Origin: Tetramitus jugosus
Taxonomy: Eukaryota > Protista > Heterolobosea
NCBI GenBank assembly: GCA_937625935.1
Contig: OW569384.1
Span: 186,001-250,000, forward strand
Length of the DNA: 64,000 nucleotides
Reading direction: 5' to 3'
In this document: piece after piece, positions 22,310 to 33,177 of the stretch
Layout of the letters: the number at the start of each line of letters is the position of its first letter
Position numbering within the stretch: position 1 is the first letter of the stretch
Notes under the pieces: generated by a model
What the model saw: the letters and a program-made list of their open reading frames with translations, nothing else
What the model was told of the DNA's origin: nothing
Database searches by the model: none
Position numbers and translations under genes: made by a program

Positions 22310-24355
22310 TTAGTAGTTTTGAATCACTAATGAAGGATTGCAGTTTTCGAACATTGCCTTAAGCTTGATTCGTTCAATCTTGCTGTTGTGTCGGGGGTCA
22401 CACGGTAAGTAACCATCATTGCAATCCGTGACTTGTTTGTTCCATGTGGTCACAAACAACAAGTTGTGATTAATGATCAGATGAGGGCTGTAGTAAGCAA
22501 TCTGACTGCCATAATTAGTCAAAATATGAGTCAACTCCTGCTGAATGTCTTGAATCGTCATTCTTATAGCTTCCTTGTACGTTTCCAGTACGAGAATGGC
22601 CTTTCGACATTGATTTAATCCGTGGTGCTCGGGCAGCTGATGAGCGTTGAACCCGATTAGCGCACAGCGGCGAAGCCACGAGGCGCAATGTTGCATAAAG
22701 AAGTGCTCGATACACACTGGAGCAACAAACAAGTGCTCGTTTTGGCTGTTAGGTATCGTCAGGAAGAAGGAGTGTTTCATTCTGCCACAAAACCACAAGT
22801 AACTGTTAGAGTCCAGATAACCCAAATCTCCAGTATCGTGCCACTCTAGATCCTTTTTCTCTGCACTATCAGTCGTGTTGTACTCGTACTTGGGTGACAC
22901 TGCTGGTCCTTTTAGCCATATTTTTCGAATGGGCATTTCCTTGTCATTGATGTCAAATGGTACTATAGGGCGTAGACTTAGCTCGATTCCTTCGCAGATT
23001 CTTCCCAGGCAAACACCAGACACCTGGGAATCTTTTTCACCAAAATTGCAATCTCTCTCGATCTGCTCCGTGTTGATATAGGCAATTGGAAGACACTCGG
23101 TGGATCCATAAGTAGGATAGAGGTAGGCCTTTGGCGAGATACGTCGTAATTTACGATGTAGCTCGATGGGTATCGGCGCTCCACCAGCTATGACTATTCG
23201 AACACTTGGTGGCAGTTTTAAGCCATGCTTGACACAATAGTCCAGTATGACATACCAGACGATTGTCGAAGCAAACACAATTGTAGGTTGCAACTGGTTC
23301 ATACATGAGAGCCATTCTTGACAATTGACTCGTGCGGGAGAATCTTTGGGAAACCGAGGAGGCATGACCGCTCTAATATTTAAACAAATCACGCATATAG
23401 ACATCACTATGTTATGGTTCATACAAATGTGCTTCTCTGGGGCCTTTTCATCTCGATCAAATAGCTTGTAGTGCTCCGATAAGAGTTTACAAAAACTGCC
23501 CAGCTGATGTCGCAGCATACCATGAGTAATATGACATAATTTTGGAACACCGGTTGATCCCGTTGTATTAATCAGTGCAACTGTATCCCGGTCATTGTAA
23601 TGATGCAGAGCACTGTTGTTGGGCAAGTGTTTCCATTGTGCCTTTTGAAATGGTTTGATCAATGAATTGAAAACCTTTGACTCAGATACCAATGCTAGAT
23701 GTTCAATGGCAAGCACAGGCTGCTCCGGAGAACGATACCACCACATGATGAGACAGTACACAATGTATGTGATTGGAGTCGCAATAATGGCATTAGCATT
23801 CGAGTGACTGACACAGTGCACATAATCAGACAGAGATGGAAACTCAAAGGGAGACAGTACGACGATGGGCAGACCATTCTTCAAGCAACTGAATGCCAAA
23901 CTCATCAATAAATGGGTCTGTCCATAGGGAGACACGAGCATTATGGCTCTCAATTTGGATTGATCTTGCACATGACTAAACAAACTCACATTACTCATTT
24001 GTTCCAATTGCTCAAACGTGACACGAGTGAATTCTTGGTGTTGGTTGCGAAATGTTGCTCCTTCATCCGACTTTACAAAAAATCGATACAACACAAACGG
24101 TATCGCAAGCAAAAGCGCCGTTGTCACAACTTGACCAGTGATCTTTAATAATGAGAGGTGGTGGTCTGTCTTTGAGATGAGAAAAAAGCTCAGTGCAAGA
24201 ACACAACATCCAGTCAACAAAATGGTCTTTGGTGTCAGGGCAGAGGATCGGGCGGGAAATTCCAGCGCAATATCATGAGGAGAGCTCTGTGCATTCTCGC
24301 GTAAACAATAGGCAATGTTCAATTGTGATTTTGTTGATTCTTGATCTTTGATCAT
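22310..24355 (-). CDS. ANL-superfamily adenylate-forming enzyme, OleC (beta-lactone synthetase)-like, with an inserted TM hairpin
   Basis: NIAYCLRENAQSSP, P-loop TTGSTGVPK, GGAP, YPTYGSTECLPI, WHDTGDLGYLD...LWFCGRMKH, and terminal LPCDPRHNSKIER. First ATG at 24355. Confidence 0.8.
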   Translation of the reverse strand: MIKDQESTKSQLNIAYCLRENAQSSPHDIALEFPARSSALTPKTILLTGCCVLALSFFLISKTDHHLSLLKITGQVVTTALLLAIPFVLYRFFVKSDEGATFRNQHQEFTRVTFEQLEQMSNVSLFSHVQDQSKLRAIMLVSPYGQTHLLMSLAFSCLKNGLPIVVLSPFEFPSLSDYVHCVSHSNANAIIATPITYIVYCLIMWWYRSPEQPVLAIEHLALVSESKVFNSLIKPFQKAQWKHLPNNSALHHYNDRDTVALINTTGSTGVPKLCHITHGMLRHQLGSFCKLLSEHYKLFDRDEKAPEKHICMNHNIVMSICVICLNIRAVMPPRFPKDSPARVNCQEWLSCMNQLQPTIVFASTIVWYVILDYCVKHGLKLPPSVRIVIAGGAPIPIELHRKLRRISPKAYLYPTYGSTECLPIAYINTEQIERDCNFGEKDSQVSGVCLGRICEGIELSLRPIVPFDINDKEMPIRKIWLKGPAVSPKYEYNTTDSAEKKDLEWHDTGDLGYLDSNSYLWFCGRMKHSFFLTIPNSQNEHLFVAPVCIEHFFMQHCASWLRRCALIGFNAHQLPEHHGLNQCRKAILVLETYKEAIRMTIQDIQQELTHILTNYGSQIAYYSPHLIINHNLLFVTTWNKQVTDCNDGYLPCDPRHNSKIERIKLKAMFENCNPSLVIQNY

Positions 24356-24475
24356 CGTGTTAGTTATCTGCTTTGCTTTTTTTGATGGTTGACAAATGAT
24401 AATTCCTCGCGTGAGGTGGTGACACAATGGTGAGATAAACAGTTTACATGTGAGAAAAGAACTAGTTTGGAGGTA

Positions 24476-26440
24476 TCATGTTGAGTGAGTAAACAGTCCA
24501 AGTTGCTGGTGGAATGTAAACGGCAGCCGACGATCCCTGCCTCGTCGCTCTCTCATACATATTTTGCTTGGAGTGGTAATAGGACTTGAGATATTGCCTT
24601 GTTCTGATTCAATGTGCAGTAGCACCATGATACATTGGGCCACAAACGTCATTTGATGCGACAATAATCGATAATGATTCTCGTGACAGCTGTTGGAAGT
24701 CATGTCGTAGGCGTAATATTTGACATACTCCATTGGGAACAACACATTGGACTCATATTCTATATCGAGCAGATCAGTATTCTTGACATCACTTTCTGAA
24801 TCGTCCAAAACAATAGCGTTCTTAATCAAATGTCGTAGATGCTCGGGTATCGCGGGTCTTGAGAGGTGAGCTGCATTCTTGACAAATTCAAGCTTGGATA
24901 TCGTCGGAGGTATCAAAGGATAGTCAAAACGATTCACTTTGACCTCACATTGCAAAATAAAGTTACCTGCTTTGAATTGAGCCATGAAAATGGACGAGTT
25001 ATCCACGTCGGTCAATTTCGCAAACGAGTGCAACTTAACATTGTGTGTAAATCGGAGAGCTGATGTGTCCATGTTAGGCAAAGGATGCTTTGGTGCTCTC
25101 TTTGCCTGGAGCTCCTTGATCTCAAATGCCAGCATGTTGCCAGCTCTTACCTTGTACCTAATGATGTCAATAATCGAATTAATTGTGAAATATTGAATCT
25201 TGTCTGATTCACGCTCGAGGGGAACAGGTGGTAGAACATGGAGACCACACAGTGATTGTGCCCACCTGTACGGCCTTCCACACTCATACTCTGAAAAGTC
25301 AAAGTCAGAGAGACGTTCGGCATTGGAGGTCTCCTGACCAGAGTCGTTTGGAAACAAGTGTGGCAATATCTGATTGATAATCGTTTGTTTCTCAATGGAG
25401 CCTGCAACTGTGACGATATTGTAGCTCGATATGTAGAAGAATTCAATGACAATGTCTTCTGTTGGAGGTAATGAGCTCTTTTTAGCTCCTGTGGATGAGC
25501 TCTGGAGACCTGAATTGATTTGTACGAGTATACTGAGTGGATGAGGCTTCAGTTGCGCATCATGTGCCGTGGCCTTCTTTGTTAATCGACGGCGTTTCGA
25601 TGACGGTTCATACACTTCAGTGTCATTATCCTGGTTCCTATCCGTCTCTGTTTTGGTGCTTTCTGAAGGATCATTCACCAGAGGAGTAGTGGATTGCTGT
25701 GGTGTTGCTGCTGCCGTTGCAGAAAACACCGCAGTCAACGAAGACTCACGAATCTTGACTTGAACCTCATAGTGAGGAGATGACTGCTGTTTTCTATAAA
25801 TGTCCAACTTGTTGAACAGCGTGTACAGTGGAAAGGGCAATTTTCGTGCATGATCAATCTCTTGAATCTGTTCCTCGGGCAAAATGGACTTCTCTGTCGG
25901 AGGAATCGTGCTCATCATTCGACTCTGGATCGATACGGCATGATCACGTATCGTACCGAGATTGTTTCTCAAACCATCAACAAATTCTCGCTTCTTGATC
26001 ATATCCTGCTTGACCACATCTTGTTTCACAATCAATGATTCAATCTCGCCCTTCAATCGTCTTCTTTCCAACAATTCAAACTCTAATCGACTCATCATTC
26101 GTTCATGCTTCTTCTTCTCATCAGTTTCATCATTTTCAGTCTCAGAAAAATTTTGTTTCAAGTCATCTGGTGCACTATTGATAAACTCTTGTTCGGAAAC
26201 GAGTGGAATATCAGTGTGTCTCGAATGAAACTGTCTACACTCTTGAATCTGCTTCTGTAAATGATAGGCTTCATACTGTAAATTACTCAATCGAAGTGAA
26301 ATTTGATCTGTTTGTGATTGTGAGTGAAATCTCCGTTGATTGAGACGTTCATTCATGGCACATGCTTCTCTGTGAGCACTTCTCAATCGTAAAAAAAGTG
26401 AAACACCTTTGGTTAAGTGTATTTTCATCTCCATGTTGTC

Positions 26441-26475
<35 letters not shown>

Positions 26476-26650
26476 GTTGGGAGGAGGATGATGATGTTAG
26501 CTTTTGTTGTTGTTTGAGTTGTTTTAGCTTTGAGAGGTAGGAACGAAGTTCGTTGATAATGTGAGTGACTTGATTGGTTTTTTGACGACATTCAGTGAAT
26601 AGTGAAGTATCATCAACAGTGTTCACGAAGGTGTCTTGCTGTTGCGTCAT
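24476..26650 (-). CDS. THOC5: THO complex subunit 5 (FMIP)
   Basis: LRLSNLQYEAYHLQKQIQECRQFHSRHTDIPLVSEQEF, HERMMSRLEFELLERRRL, LPFPLYTLF, LFPNDSG, GRPYRWAQSLCGL. Confidence 0.9.
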
Positions 26651-26801
26651 TTTTTTGTTCTACTTGTTCTTTTCTTGATCTTTGTGTGGGCGATTCTCCG
26701 TTTTGTTTTTTTCATCGAGAACAACATAACAAAGCAAACAACAACTTGTCAATTTTTTTTTGTTGATCAATCAAACAAGGGATATTGTAACAAATGAACC
26801 C

Positions 26802-27428
26802 ATGCAATCAAATCATGTGAAACGGATCAGACTACTGTACAATCATCTCTATCCTCCCAATCATCACTCTTCTTTGAATGTTGCATCATCGTCATCTAGT
26901 AGTACTGACAACAACAACAATAGCATTGATGATGATTCAATGATGTCTTCATCATCTACATCGACATCACACAAGCCCTACCGTACTCTTCACACTGGAA
27001 TTATCAATGATCCCGACAGCGCCAATTTTGAGAGAAAATCTCCGCTCCGATTAGATTTACGAAATTACCGCCAAAATGAAAACAATGAAAATTCTCCGTA
27101 TACATCATTGTTGCTGTTGGATCACTTGTTTCATACATCGAAGCTCTTGCATAGCAGACACATTCATATGAAGTATGTCGAAGCAAGTGGTGATTGCTAC
27201 ATCATGTTCAGGACAGAGTATGGCCTGGTGACGTACTCAACCATACACAACAAACATTGGATCAAGTATTTAATGATGCACGCAACAGGTCAGGAGGATC
27301 CTGAGAGAGCAGGAGAAGGAGAGTTTCGGTTAGAGGTGTTGTCTGACAGGGATGGAGCCATGGGTTTTACGGTCAACATTGTGTATATCCAGGGAGGTGT
27401 CAAGCTCACCATCTCACCCATCAATTAG
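26802..27428 (+). CDS. Small protein with an N-terminal PTS2-like nonapeptide and a C-terminal GspE/PilB N2-like domain (tentative)
   Basis: First in-frame ATG at 26802. RIRLLYNHL fits R-[LI]-x5-H-L. The C-terminal ~110 aa follow the pattern S.HIH...I.FR..G.L...IK...R..EG.F.L...V...G.K..I. Confidence 0.55.
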   Translation: MQSNHVKRIRLLYNHLYPPNHHSSLNVASSSSSSTDNNNNSIDDDSMMSSSSTSTSHKPYRTLHTGIINDPDSANFERKSPLRLDLRNYRQNENNENSPYTSLLLLDHLFHTSKLLHSRHIHMKYVEASGDCYIMFRTEYGLVTYSTIHNKHWIKYLMMHATGQEDPERAGEGEFRLEVLSDRDGAMGFTVNIVYIQGGVKLTISPIN

Positions 27429-27525
27429 ACACGAAAGATCAAAGAAAACCAAAATTTCGATAAAGAAAACAATGTTCGCACCAGGAAAACGGCTGGAAAT
27501 TTACAGTATATTACATCAATAACAA

Positions 27526-27598
27526 GCCGTCGTAGCTCAGCTGGAAGAGCACTGGACTTCTAATCCAGTGGTCGCGGGTTCGAGTCCCGTCGTCGGTA
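27526..27598 (+). tRNA. tRNA-Arg(UCU), intronless
   Basis: Cloverleaf: D-arm GCTC/GAGC with loop AGCTGGAA, anticodon stem CTGGA/TCCAG with loop CTTCTAA, T-arm GCGGG-TTCGAGT-CCCGT, acceptor GCCGTCG/CGTCGGT+A. T-runs follow downstream (Pol III terminator). Confidence 0.93.
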
Positions 27599-27663
27599 CT
27601 TTTGTCAACTTTTTTCAGATCTTGAAACAACAAAAACATCCAAACTAATACACAAACAACTCA

Positions 27664-30600
27664 ATGATGAACCGTGATGACTCATCCACAACACCATTGA
27701 TCAACCCCCTATTTCCTCCTATTGCTGCCACAAAACCAACATCTCCCACACTCACACCAACATCTCCTCCACCTTCCAAATTGACTCCTCATCACAACAA
27801 CAACAACAATCATCACAGCGATCAACAACATCATCAATGCGCTAAATTTTTCCCCTCAACAACTTTCATCATTGCACAACAAACAATGGCAGAAGACACT
27901 CTGATCTCTACAAGCACAGTCATTTCCCCAAATGTGAACAACAACAAGGATGATAATTCTCAATTTCATTCAACAACAAAATCAATGTTCACTCCTATTA
28001 ATGCGACTGCTGCATTTCACAAGAATCATCACAGCTCGCCGAACAAAAAACGACCCTTTAGTCAATTTGAAAAACAACAACAAAATGAAGAAATCATGTG
28101 CCTCGATTATGCCTATGATCCAACAACGATAACGACGACGACAAAAACCACAAATGAGCAAATCTTCTCCATATCACCATCCTCCTCTTTAGCGTCATCA
28201 TCTCCATTTTCACATCATCTTCATCATGAATATGGCCATAGTAGTGAAGAAGAAGATGATGATGATGGTTATTTGAGTGATGATGTGACGACGACACCAC
28301 CACCCAAACAAAAACAAAAATCATTTCATTATCATCATGACAATGAGGTGTTAAAAACAACATCATCACCATCAACACCCATATCGACTAAAAATAACTT
28401 TTTTGGTAAGACAATGATGAATTCGATCGTATCATCGACACCTGATCAATCACCTGCTTACAATACTCAACAACAGCAACAGATCGAAAAGGAACAACAA
28501 GCTTCACAATCGATTGTGAAAAATGAGTGTTATGTATCATGTGGAAAAACACTTTCTTCGTATGTCGAGGATAATGATGAAAATGATGTGATTGAAGTGA
28601 TTGAATTGGATGATGATAGTGATGTTGATGATGATGATATGAACAATAAGAGTAATAATAGCAATGAGATTGATATGCAAGTGCCTATGGATGATAATGA
28701 TGATGAATCAGCAGAAACTGATCATCATTATCATTATCATAGTGATTCATCATCTGATTATGTGAAAATGAATGATAATGTTGATAACGATGAATCGACG
28801 TCATTATTGAGTGCTTCGTCATCACATCCATCAAAGAAGAACAACGACAATAATAATCATCAGAATTACTATAGACAATTGTGTTACGAATACAAGAACA
28901 TGGTTGAAGAGTTGATACAGTACATGAACGTTTCAACAGACATGTTTTATGAATATCAAAAAAAGTGTGATGCGCTGGCGGCCAAAATTGAGAATATTGA
29001 GGAGCATAGAGAGACACCTTGGACATTGTCCAATCATCACCATACTCATGATCATAGTCACTTGATCAATGAGAAGAGTGGTGCGAATCATGACGAGAAT
29101 GATAAGAGTAGTTGTTGTGGAGACGATCATGATTGTGGTGGTGGTAGTGATACGATTGGAACAAATGAGATGATTGGAGATGACGTAGATGACGATAGTA
29201 ATAACAATAATTCAGTTTCGTCGCAGATACGCATGTTTAAACCTGTTCCAGTCATGACACAGAGGATCGCTACGAGCACTCCACCGACACCTACCTTTGC
29301 TCCCGAATCGACAACATTCAATCATGGTGCAAATAACAACAACAACAACAGTAATAGTAATACGTATTATCCAAAACACAATGGAAACATTTTTGATACG
29401 CCAATCATACGAAGCGATATCGTGTCAGACAACTCGCTTGCTGATCAAATTGATATCAAGGGAATTTTGAACAATGTGTTTCGATTGTCCGAATTTCGGC
29501 CGAATCAAGAGCAAATCATTCGCTCGAGTCTCAACAGTGAAGACATTGTGGTTGTTCAAGCAACTGGTAGCGGAAAGAGTCTCTGTTATCAATTGCCTGC
29601 TGTCTGTGTTCAAAAATTGACCATTGTCATCAGTCCATTGATCGCATTGATCCATGATCAAGTTTCGTATTTAAAATCACTAGGTATTAAGGCCACGTAT
29701 CTATCGAGCACTCACAACAAGTTACAAACAACTGACAAAATGCTCATGAATCATTATAGAATCATTTATGTGACACCAGAGAGAATTGTAGAGAATGAAA
29801 AGTTTACAGCAGTACTGAAGCAGTTGTATCGAAAGGATTTGTTGCACCGGATTGTGATTGATGAAGCTCACTGTATTAGCAAATGGGGACACGATTTCCG
29901 TTATGACTACAGAAGATTGCATATTGTGAGGCAAAACTTTCCAACTGTGCCTATCATGGCACTCACTGCTACTGCCTCTCCTGAAGTGAAGACAGATATT
30001 ATTCATAGTTTAAATATCAATCCAAGAAAATTCGAGAGTTCTTTCAATCGAAAGAACCTATTTTATGAAATTCGATACAAGGGTACATTTAATGAAATGA
30101 TACGTGACATATCTGCCTTTATTACGGAAAAACATGCCAATTCCTGTGGTATCATCTACTGTCACAGCAAGAAGGAGTCAGCTAAAATCTCAGAAGAGTT
30201 GAATGCATTAAAGCATAACACTGCTGTGTATCATGCTGATATTGGTGCGAACAAAAAGGTTGAACATCATGATATGTGGAAGAGTGGAGACATCAAGATT
30301 ATGGTAGCAACAGTCGCATTTGGCATGGGAATTGATAAACCTGATGTCAGATTTATCATTCATGCAAGCATGGCTAAATCGATCGAAGATTATTATCAGG
30401 CAACTGGTCGTGCAGGCAGAGATGGAAAACCATCGGATTGCGTGCTGTATTTTAGTAATGGAGATCGAACAAGAAACGTGAAAATGCTCCAACAAACACT
30501 TCAATCTGAGCAGAACCATCAAGTACGAAAGAACGCAGAGAGATCTTTGAATAGAATGGTGCAGTATTGCGAGACAACTGGCTGCAGGAGAAAGTTTCTA

Positions 30601-31476
30601 CTCACTTACTTTGGAGAAAAGTGCACAGAACGCGATTGTGCCAACACTTGTGACAACTGTCGAAGAAACACAATTCCTGTGGAGGAAGTTAATATCACAG
30701 AGGACGCACTTGATTTGCTAAAAATTATTATGCAAACAAAGCAAAGATGTTCATTATCTCGCTGTGTCAATATTTGGAGAGGATCAATGAAGAAGATTCT
30801 TGTGGATGCTGGATACAATGAGATGCAGGGTCATGGAACTGGCAAACATTTGTCCATTGATGAAGCCAATCGAATTTCCAATCGGTTGCTCCAAGAAAAC
30901 TTTGTTGTTGAAAAAGCAAAGCCTGGATATGGTTCCTTCGGTGTTAGTGTTGCCATGCTCACCACAAAGGGAGAGAGTTTCCTCGCATCTGGTGTAGATC
31001 ACAATAATAACTTGGTAATGAGTGTACGCCAACCCAAGCAAAAAAAGAAGCCAACTCGTACCAGCACCTCCTCAGTTTCAAAGAAGAAGAACAAAGTTCG
31101 TAGCAATGAATCCTCAGAGCCTGAATACAGTAGTGAAGAAGAGAGCGAAGATGAGGAGAACGAGGAAGGCGAGGAAGATGATGAACATGAATACATGGAT
31201 GACCTGGATGATGACTTTGAACTACCGGACATTATCTCGGACAATGTGGAAGAATTTAGTACTCATCGCAATGCTCTCATGGACGACTTGCTCTTCTCGC
31301 AACCACCCACCCAGCCTGCCCCATCTACTATTTTCATGAGTCGGCAGAAGAAGCCAAGATCATCCAGAACCGTTCAACAACCACGTCGTCAACCAATCAT
31401 ATCGCGACTACAACCACAACCCCAACCACGCATCGTTTATATGCCCGTACGCAAAAACGAGGATTCTTCTGAATAA
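27664..31476 (+). CDS. RecQ-family DNA helicase (BLM/Sgs1-like, long disordered N-terminus)
   Basis: FRPNQ, TGSGKSLCYQLP, VIDEAHCISKWGHDFR, ALTATA, ATVAFGMGIDKPDVR, GRAGRDG, and RQC zinc motif CRR...C..TCDNC. Confidence 0.95.
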   Translation: MMNRDDSSTTPLINPLFPPIAATKPTSPTLTPTSPPPSKLTPHHNNNNNHHSDQQHHQCAKFFPSTTFIIAQQTMAEDTLISTSTVISPNVNNNKDDNSQFHSTTKSMFTPINATAAFHKNHHSSPNKKRPFSQFEKQQQNEEIMCLDYAYDPTTITTTTKTTNEQIFSISPSSSLASSSPFSHHLHHEYGHSSEEEDDDDGYLSDDVTTTPPPKQKQKSFHYHHDNEVLKTTSSPSTPISTKNNFFGKTMMNSIVSSTPDQSPAYNTQQQQQIEKEQQASQSIVKNECYVSCGKTLSSYVEDNDENDVIEVIELDDDSDVDDDDMNNKSNNSNEIDMQVPMDDNDDESAETDHHYHYHSDSSSDYVKMNDNVDNDESTSLLSASSSHPSKKNNDNNNHQNYYRQLCYEYKNMVEELIQYMNVSTDMFYEYQKKCDALAAKIENIEEHRETPWTLSNHHHTHDHSHLINEKSGANHDENDKSSCCGDDHDCGGGSDTIGTNEMIGDDVDDDSNNNNSVSSQIRMFKPVPVMTQRIATSTPPTPTFAPESTTFNHGANNNNNNSNSNTYYPKHNGNIFDTPIIRSDIVSDNSLADQIDIKGILNNVFRLSEFRPNQEQIIRSSLNSEDIVVVQATGSGKSLCYQLPAVCVQKLTIVISPLIALIHDQVSYLKSLGIKATYLSSTHNKLQTTDKMLMNHYRIIYVTPERIVENEKFTAVLKQLYRKDLLHRIVIDEAHCISKWGHDFRYDYRRLHIVRQNFPTVPIMALTATASPEVKTDIIHSLNINPRKFESSFNRKNLFYEIRYKGTFNEMIRDISAFITEKHANSCGIIYCHSKKESAKISEELNALKHNTAVYHADIGANKKVEHHDMWKSGDIKIMVATVAFGMGIDKPDVRFIIHASMAKSIEDYYQATGRAGRDGKPSDCVLYFSNGDRTRNVKMLQQTLQSEQNHQVRKNAERSLNRMVQYCETTGCRRKFLLTYFGEKCTERDCANTCDNCRRNTIPVEEVNITEDALDLLKIIMQTKQRCSLSRCVNIWRGSMKKILVDAGYNEMQGHGTGKHLSIDEANRISNRLLQENFVVEKAKPGYGSFGVSVAMLTTKGESFLASGVDHNNNLVMSVRQPKQKKKPTRTSTSSVSKKKNKVRSNESSEPEYSSEEESEDEENEEGEEDDEHEYMDDLDDDFELPDIISDNVEEFSTHRNALMDDLLFSQPPTQPAPSTIFMSRQKKPRSSRTVQQPRRQPIISRLQPQPQPRIVYMPVRKNEDSSE

Positions 31477-31873
31477 AAAAGGTCCAGCTCCATCCAACCG
31501 CAATTACTTTGTGGTGTTCACTTTTCTCGTTTGCTTGCCATGCAGTTTTTGGTGCCTGACAAATCAAAATACTGGCATGGTGGTGAAAAAATAGTGGTGC
31601 TTTTGGTTATAGAAGTTGAACGAATAGGAATTGGCTTTCACTTGAAACAACTACCTGCAACTACCATCTCCACGGCCGAGTCATCCAAAATAACTTGTAG
31701 TAATACAACAAAAGCTTACAAGGTCGAAATACAAAGATTTGAAGTCCCAGAAAGGAAACTGATTTTCCCTACGGAAGGAAGAACAGGAAGGGAGCCTTGA
31801 TAACAGTTTCGAGATTCTAATAATTAATTCAAAAACAAGATAATCCACACCTCCTTTTCGACAATACACAGGA

Positions 31874-32977
31874 ATGACATCGATACCTGTGCCACAACCG
31901 CTTGATCTTATCAGCAAGCTTTTCAATAATCAGGATTACTCTGATTGTGCTGTTCAATTTCCGAAAAGAAAGCTCCTTCTTCACAAGAACATTCTCTGTG
32001 CCCACAGCAACTTCTTCAGGGCGTGGTTTGCACAAGTAACAAAGGAGACTAGAGAAGGAGTGATAAAGATTGATGATGACGAAAATTTAATGGAAGAGTT
32101 GCTCAAGAGTCTGTACACTGGAAAAATTGAAATAGAGAAGCAGAGTGACAATGTTCCCATGATTTTGTTGGCTCAAAAGTATCAATTAACTTCTTTGATA
32201 CCGGCCCTCGTGGATACTCTGGTGAACAACATGGATGATAGCAATGTTTTGCACTGCACAGTCTTGAATCTGGAAGATGACCTATTTCAAGGCGTGCGAC
32301 AGAAGATGTCAATTCTCTTACGCGACTCAGCTGATGCTATCCTCAGAGGAGACTCCTATTTGACTCTCAATAGTGGACAATTGCTCTCAGTTCTCAGTGT
32401 GTTGGTCAATGAGAAGAATACTCTCGAAGCTTTTTATGCCATCCATTCTTGGATAAAGCTGGACGAGAAGAATAGAGGCTCCAAGAGTGTGGCTCTCATG
32501 GATGTGGTTACAAAAATGTCAAAGGTTCCCCACCAAACCGCTGTAACAGTAGCCTTCGATCCTCAGTATTGTGAGTACGGCACCGAATTTTCACAAAACA
32601 ACAAGAGAATCATCAAGTTCGAGGGTAAAACCTGTGTTGCCTATGGAACGAAGTGCGACACCTTTTCTGTCCGATTGATCAGAAATTGTCGTCACTTGAA
32701 AGTTGGAATGGCCCCAAGGACCAATGGACGTCGAAGGGAAGGATTCTACTTTGATGTAAAGACAGGAAAGTTTGATGCACCTGAGAGTAGATTCCGTCGT
32801 TCCAGACGGATGGGACACGGAGATGGAATGGTCATTCATTTCTCATTGAAGAATGGAGAGCTGAATCTGTTAGTGAATGGACAATTCTTGGATGTTGGTT
32901 TTCGCGATCTCTCTGGTTTTGATTTGTATCCTTCTTTTATTTTATCGGATGACGGATGCGAGTTCGAGTTCTTGTAA
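31874..32977 (+). CDS. BTB/POZ + SPRY/NHR-like domain protein (tandem copy 1)
   Basis: LFNNQDYSDC...LHKNILCAHSNFFRAWF...LLKSLYTG. Beta-rich C-terminus with VGMAP and LYPSF. Confidence 0.88.
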   Translation: MTSIPVPQPLDLISKLFNNQDYSDCAVQFPKRKLLLHKNILCAHSNFFRAWFAQVTKETREGVIKIDDDENLMEELLKSLYTGKIEIEKQSDNVPMILLAQKYQLTSLIPALVDTLVNNMDDSNVLHCTVLNLEDDLFQGVRQKMSILLRDSADAILRGDSYLTLNSGQLLSVLSVLVNEKNTLEAFYAIHSWIKLDEKNRGSKSVALMDVVTKMSKVPHQTAVTVAFDPQYCEYGTEFSQNNKRIIKFEGKTCVAYGTKCDTFSVRLIRNCRHLKVGMAPRTNGRRREGFYFDVKTGKFDAPESRFRRSRRMGHGDGMVIHFSLKNGELNLLVNGQFLDVGFRDLSGFDLYPSFILSDDGCEFEFL

Positions 32978-33177
32978 GATTTACAATTTTTCATTAAATA
33001 ATTGTTTTGAAAGAATCTGTTGAAGAGAATATAATTCCACGGAACAATTCGAAGTTTCACTAAGAAACGGAGCAATGAGGATATCAAGAGATAATGGACA
33101 TGTCCGGAAAAATTGATTTTCACTCTGCCGGCAGAAAAACGTCGTTGGAACTTCCTTCCGTCAAAAAAAGAAGTAGA

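Noticed and set aside
31531-31800. 89-aa ORF between RecQ and the BTB genes
   Set aside because: Short, no recognisable domain, no leader signature.
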